The translations under genes and the position numbers were made by a program. From contig CAMBEF010000001.1 of the NCBI GenBank assembly GCA_945865495.1, positions 1 through 46,568 of the forward strand: a DNA stretch of 46,568 bases. The letters run 5' to 3'. Shown one piece after another: positions 46,441 through 46,568 of this stretch (the first letter of the stretch is position 1; every line of letters starts with the position of its first letter). The notes beneath the pieces were generated by a model that was given only the letters and a program-made list of their open reading frames with translations, was not told the origin of the DNA and ran no database searches. Source of the stretch: an uncultured Bacteroides sp. (GTDB taxonomy: Bacteria; Bacillota; Clostridia; Lachnospirales; Lachnospiraceae).

Positions 46441-46480
46441 CAAAAGAGGCTGTGTCGGTTTCGACATAGCCTCTTTTGTT
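46441..46480 (+). terminator. Intrinsic terminator
   Basis: CAAAAGAGGCTGTGTCG-gttt-CGACATAGCCTCTTTTG followed by TT. Confidence 0.85.
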
Positions 46481-46568
46481 ATTCAGTCTAAAATTTTTTC
46501 AATCGGCACATGCAGCACTTCGGCCATGCTTCGGACCTTGCCAACAGATGCATTGTTGATGTTGACTC

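Noticed and set aside
1-46568. tRNA, rRNA or IS elements
   Set aside because: No cloverleaf, rRNA-like or transposase sequence was recognised by eye; not checked computationally.

Overview
The window is a near-complete ~46.6 kb temperate myovirus genome of a Firmicutes host, most likely gut Clostridia/Lachnospiraceae (inferred from protein style and a host-gene fragment). It appears to be in its excised form, because an intact attP is present. Gene order: ParB-DNA methyltransferase, lambda-like packaging and head genes, P2-like contractile tail and baseplate (with a -1 frameshift chaperone), a diversity-generating retroelement (DGR; target gene with VR, hairpin, TR, RT, no recognisable avd), lysis cassette, leftward accessory genes, attP, large serine integrase, repressor region, early/replication genes (SleB-like hydrolase, SNF2 helicase, GHKL ATPase, SSB-like protein, primase-DUF927 helicase followed by an iteron origin), VRR-NUC and a RinA/ArpU-type late activator. 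Main highlights: (1) an apparently active, Avd-less DGR with 10 of 10 TR/VR mismatches at TR adenines; (2) a 54-bp attP whose right arm is the start of a 62-codon replacement C-terminus of the host 23S rRNA methyltransferase RlmD/RumA, including catalytic residues; (3) a candidate CGCCAA-loop antisense RNA complementary in cis to the integrase leader and in trans to the leader of an unannotated 55-aa early gene 1.6 kb away; (4) a SNF2 helicase whose N-terminal Q-motif part appears to lie in a separate gene; (5) a candidate late-promoter sRNA carrying an anti-SD/anti-AUG tract. All family assignments come from motif recognition by eye; no searches were run.
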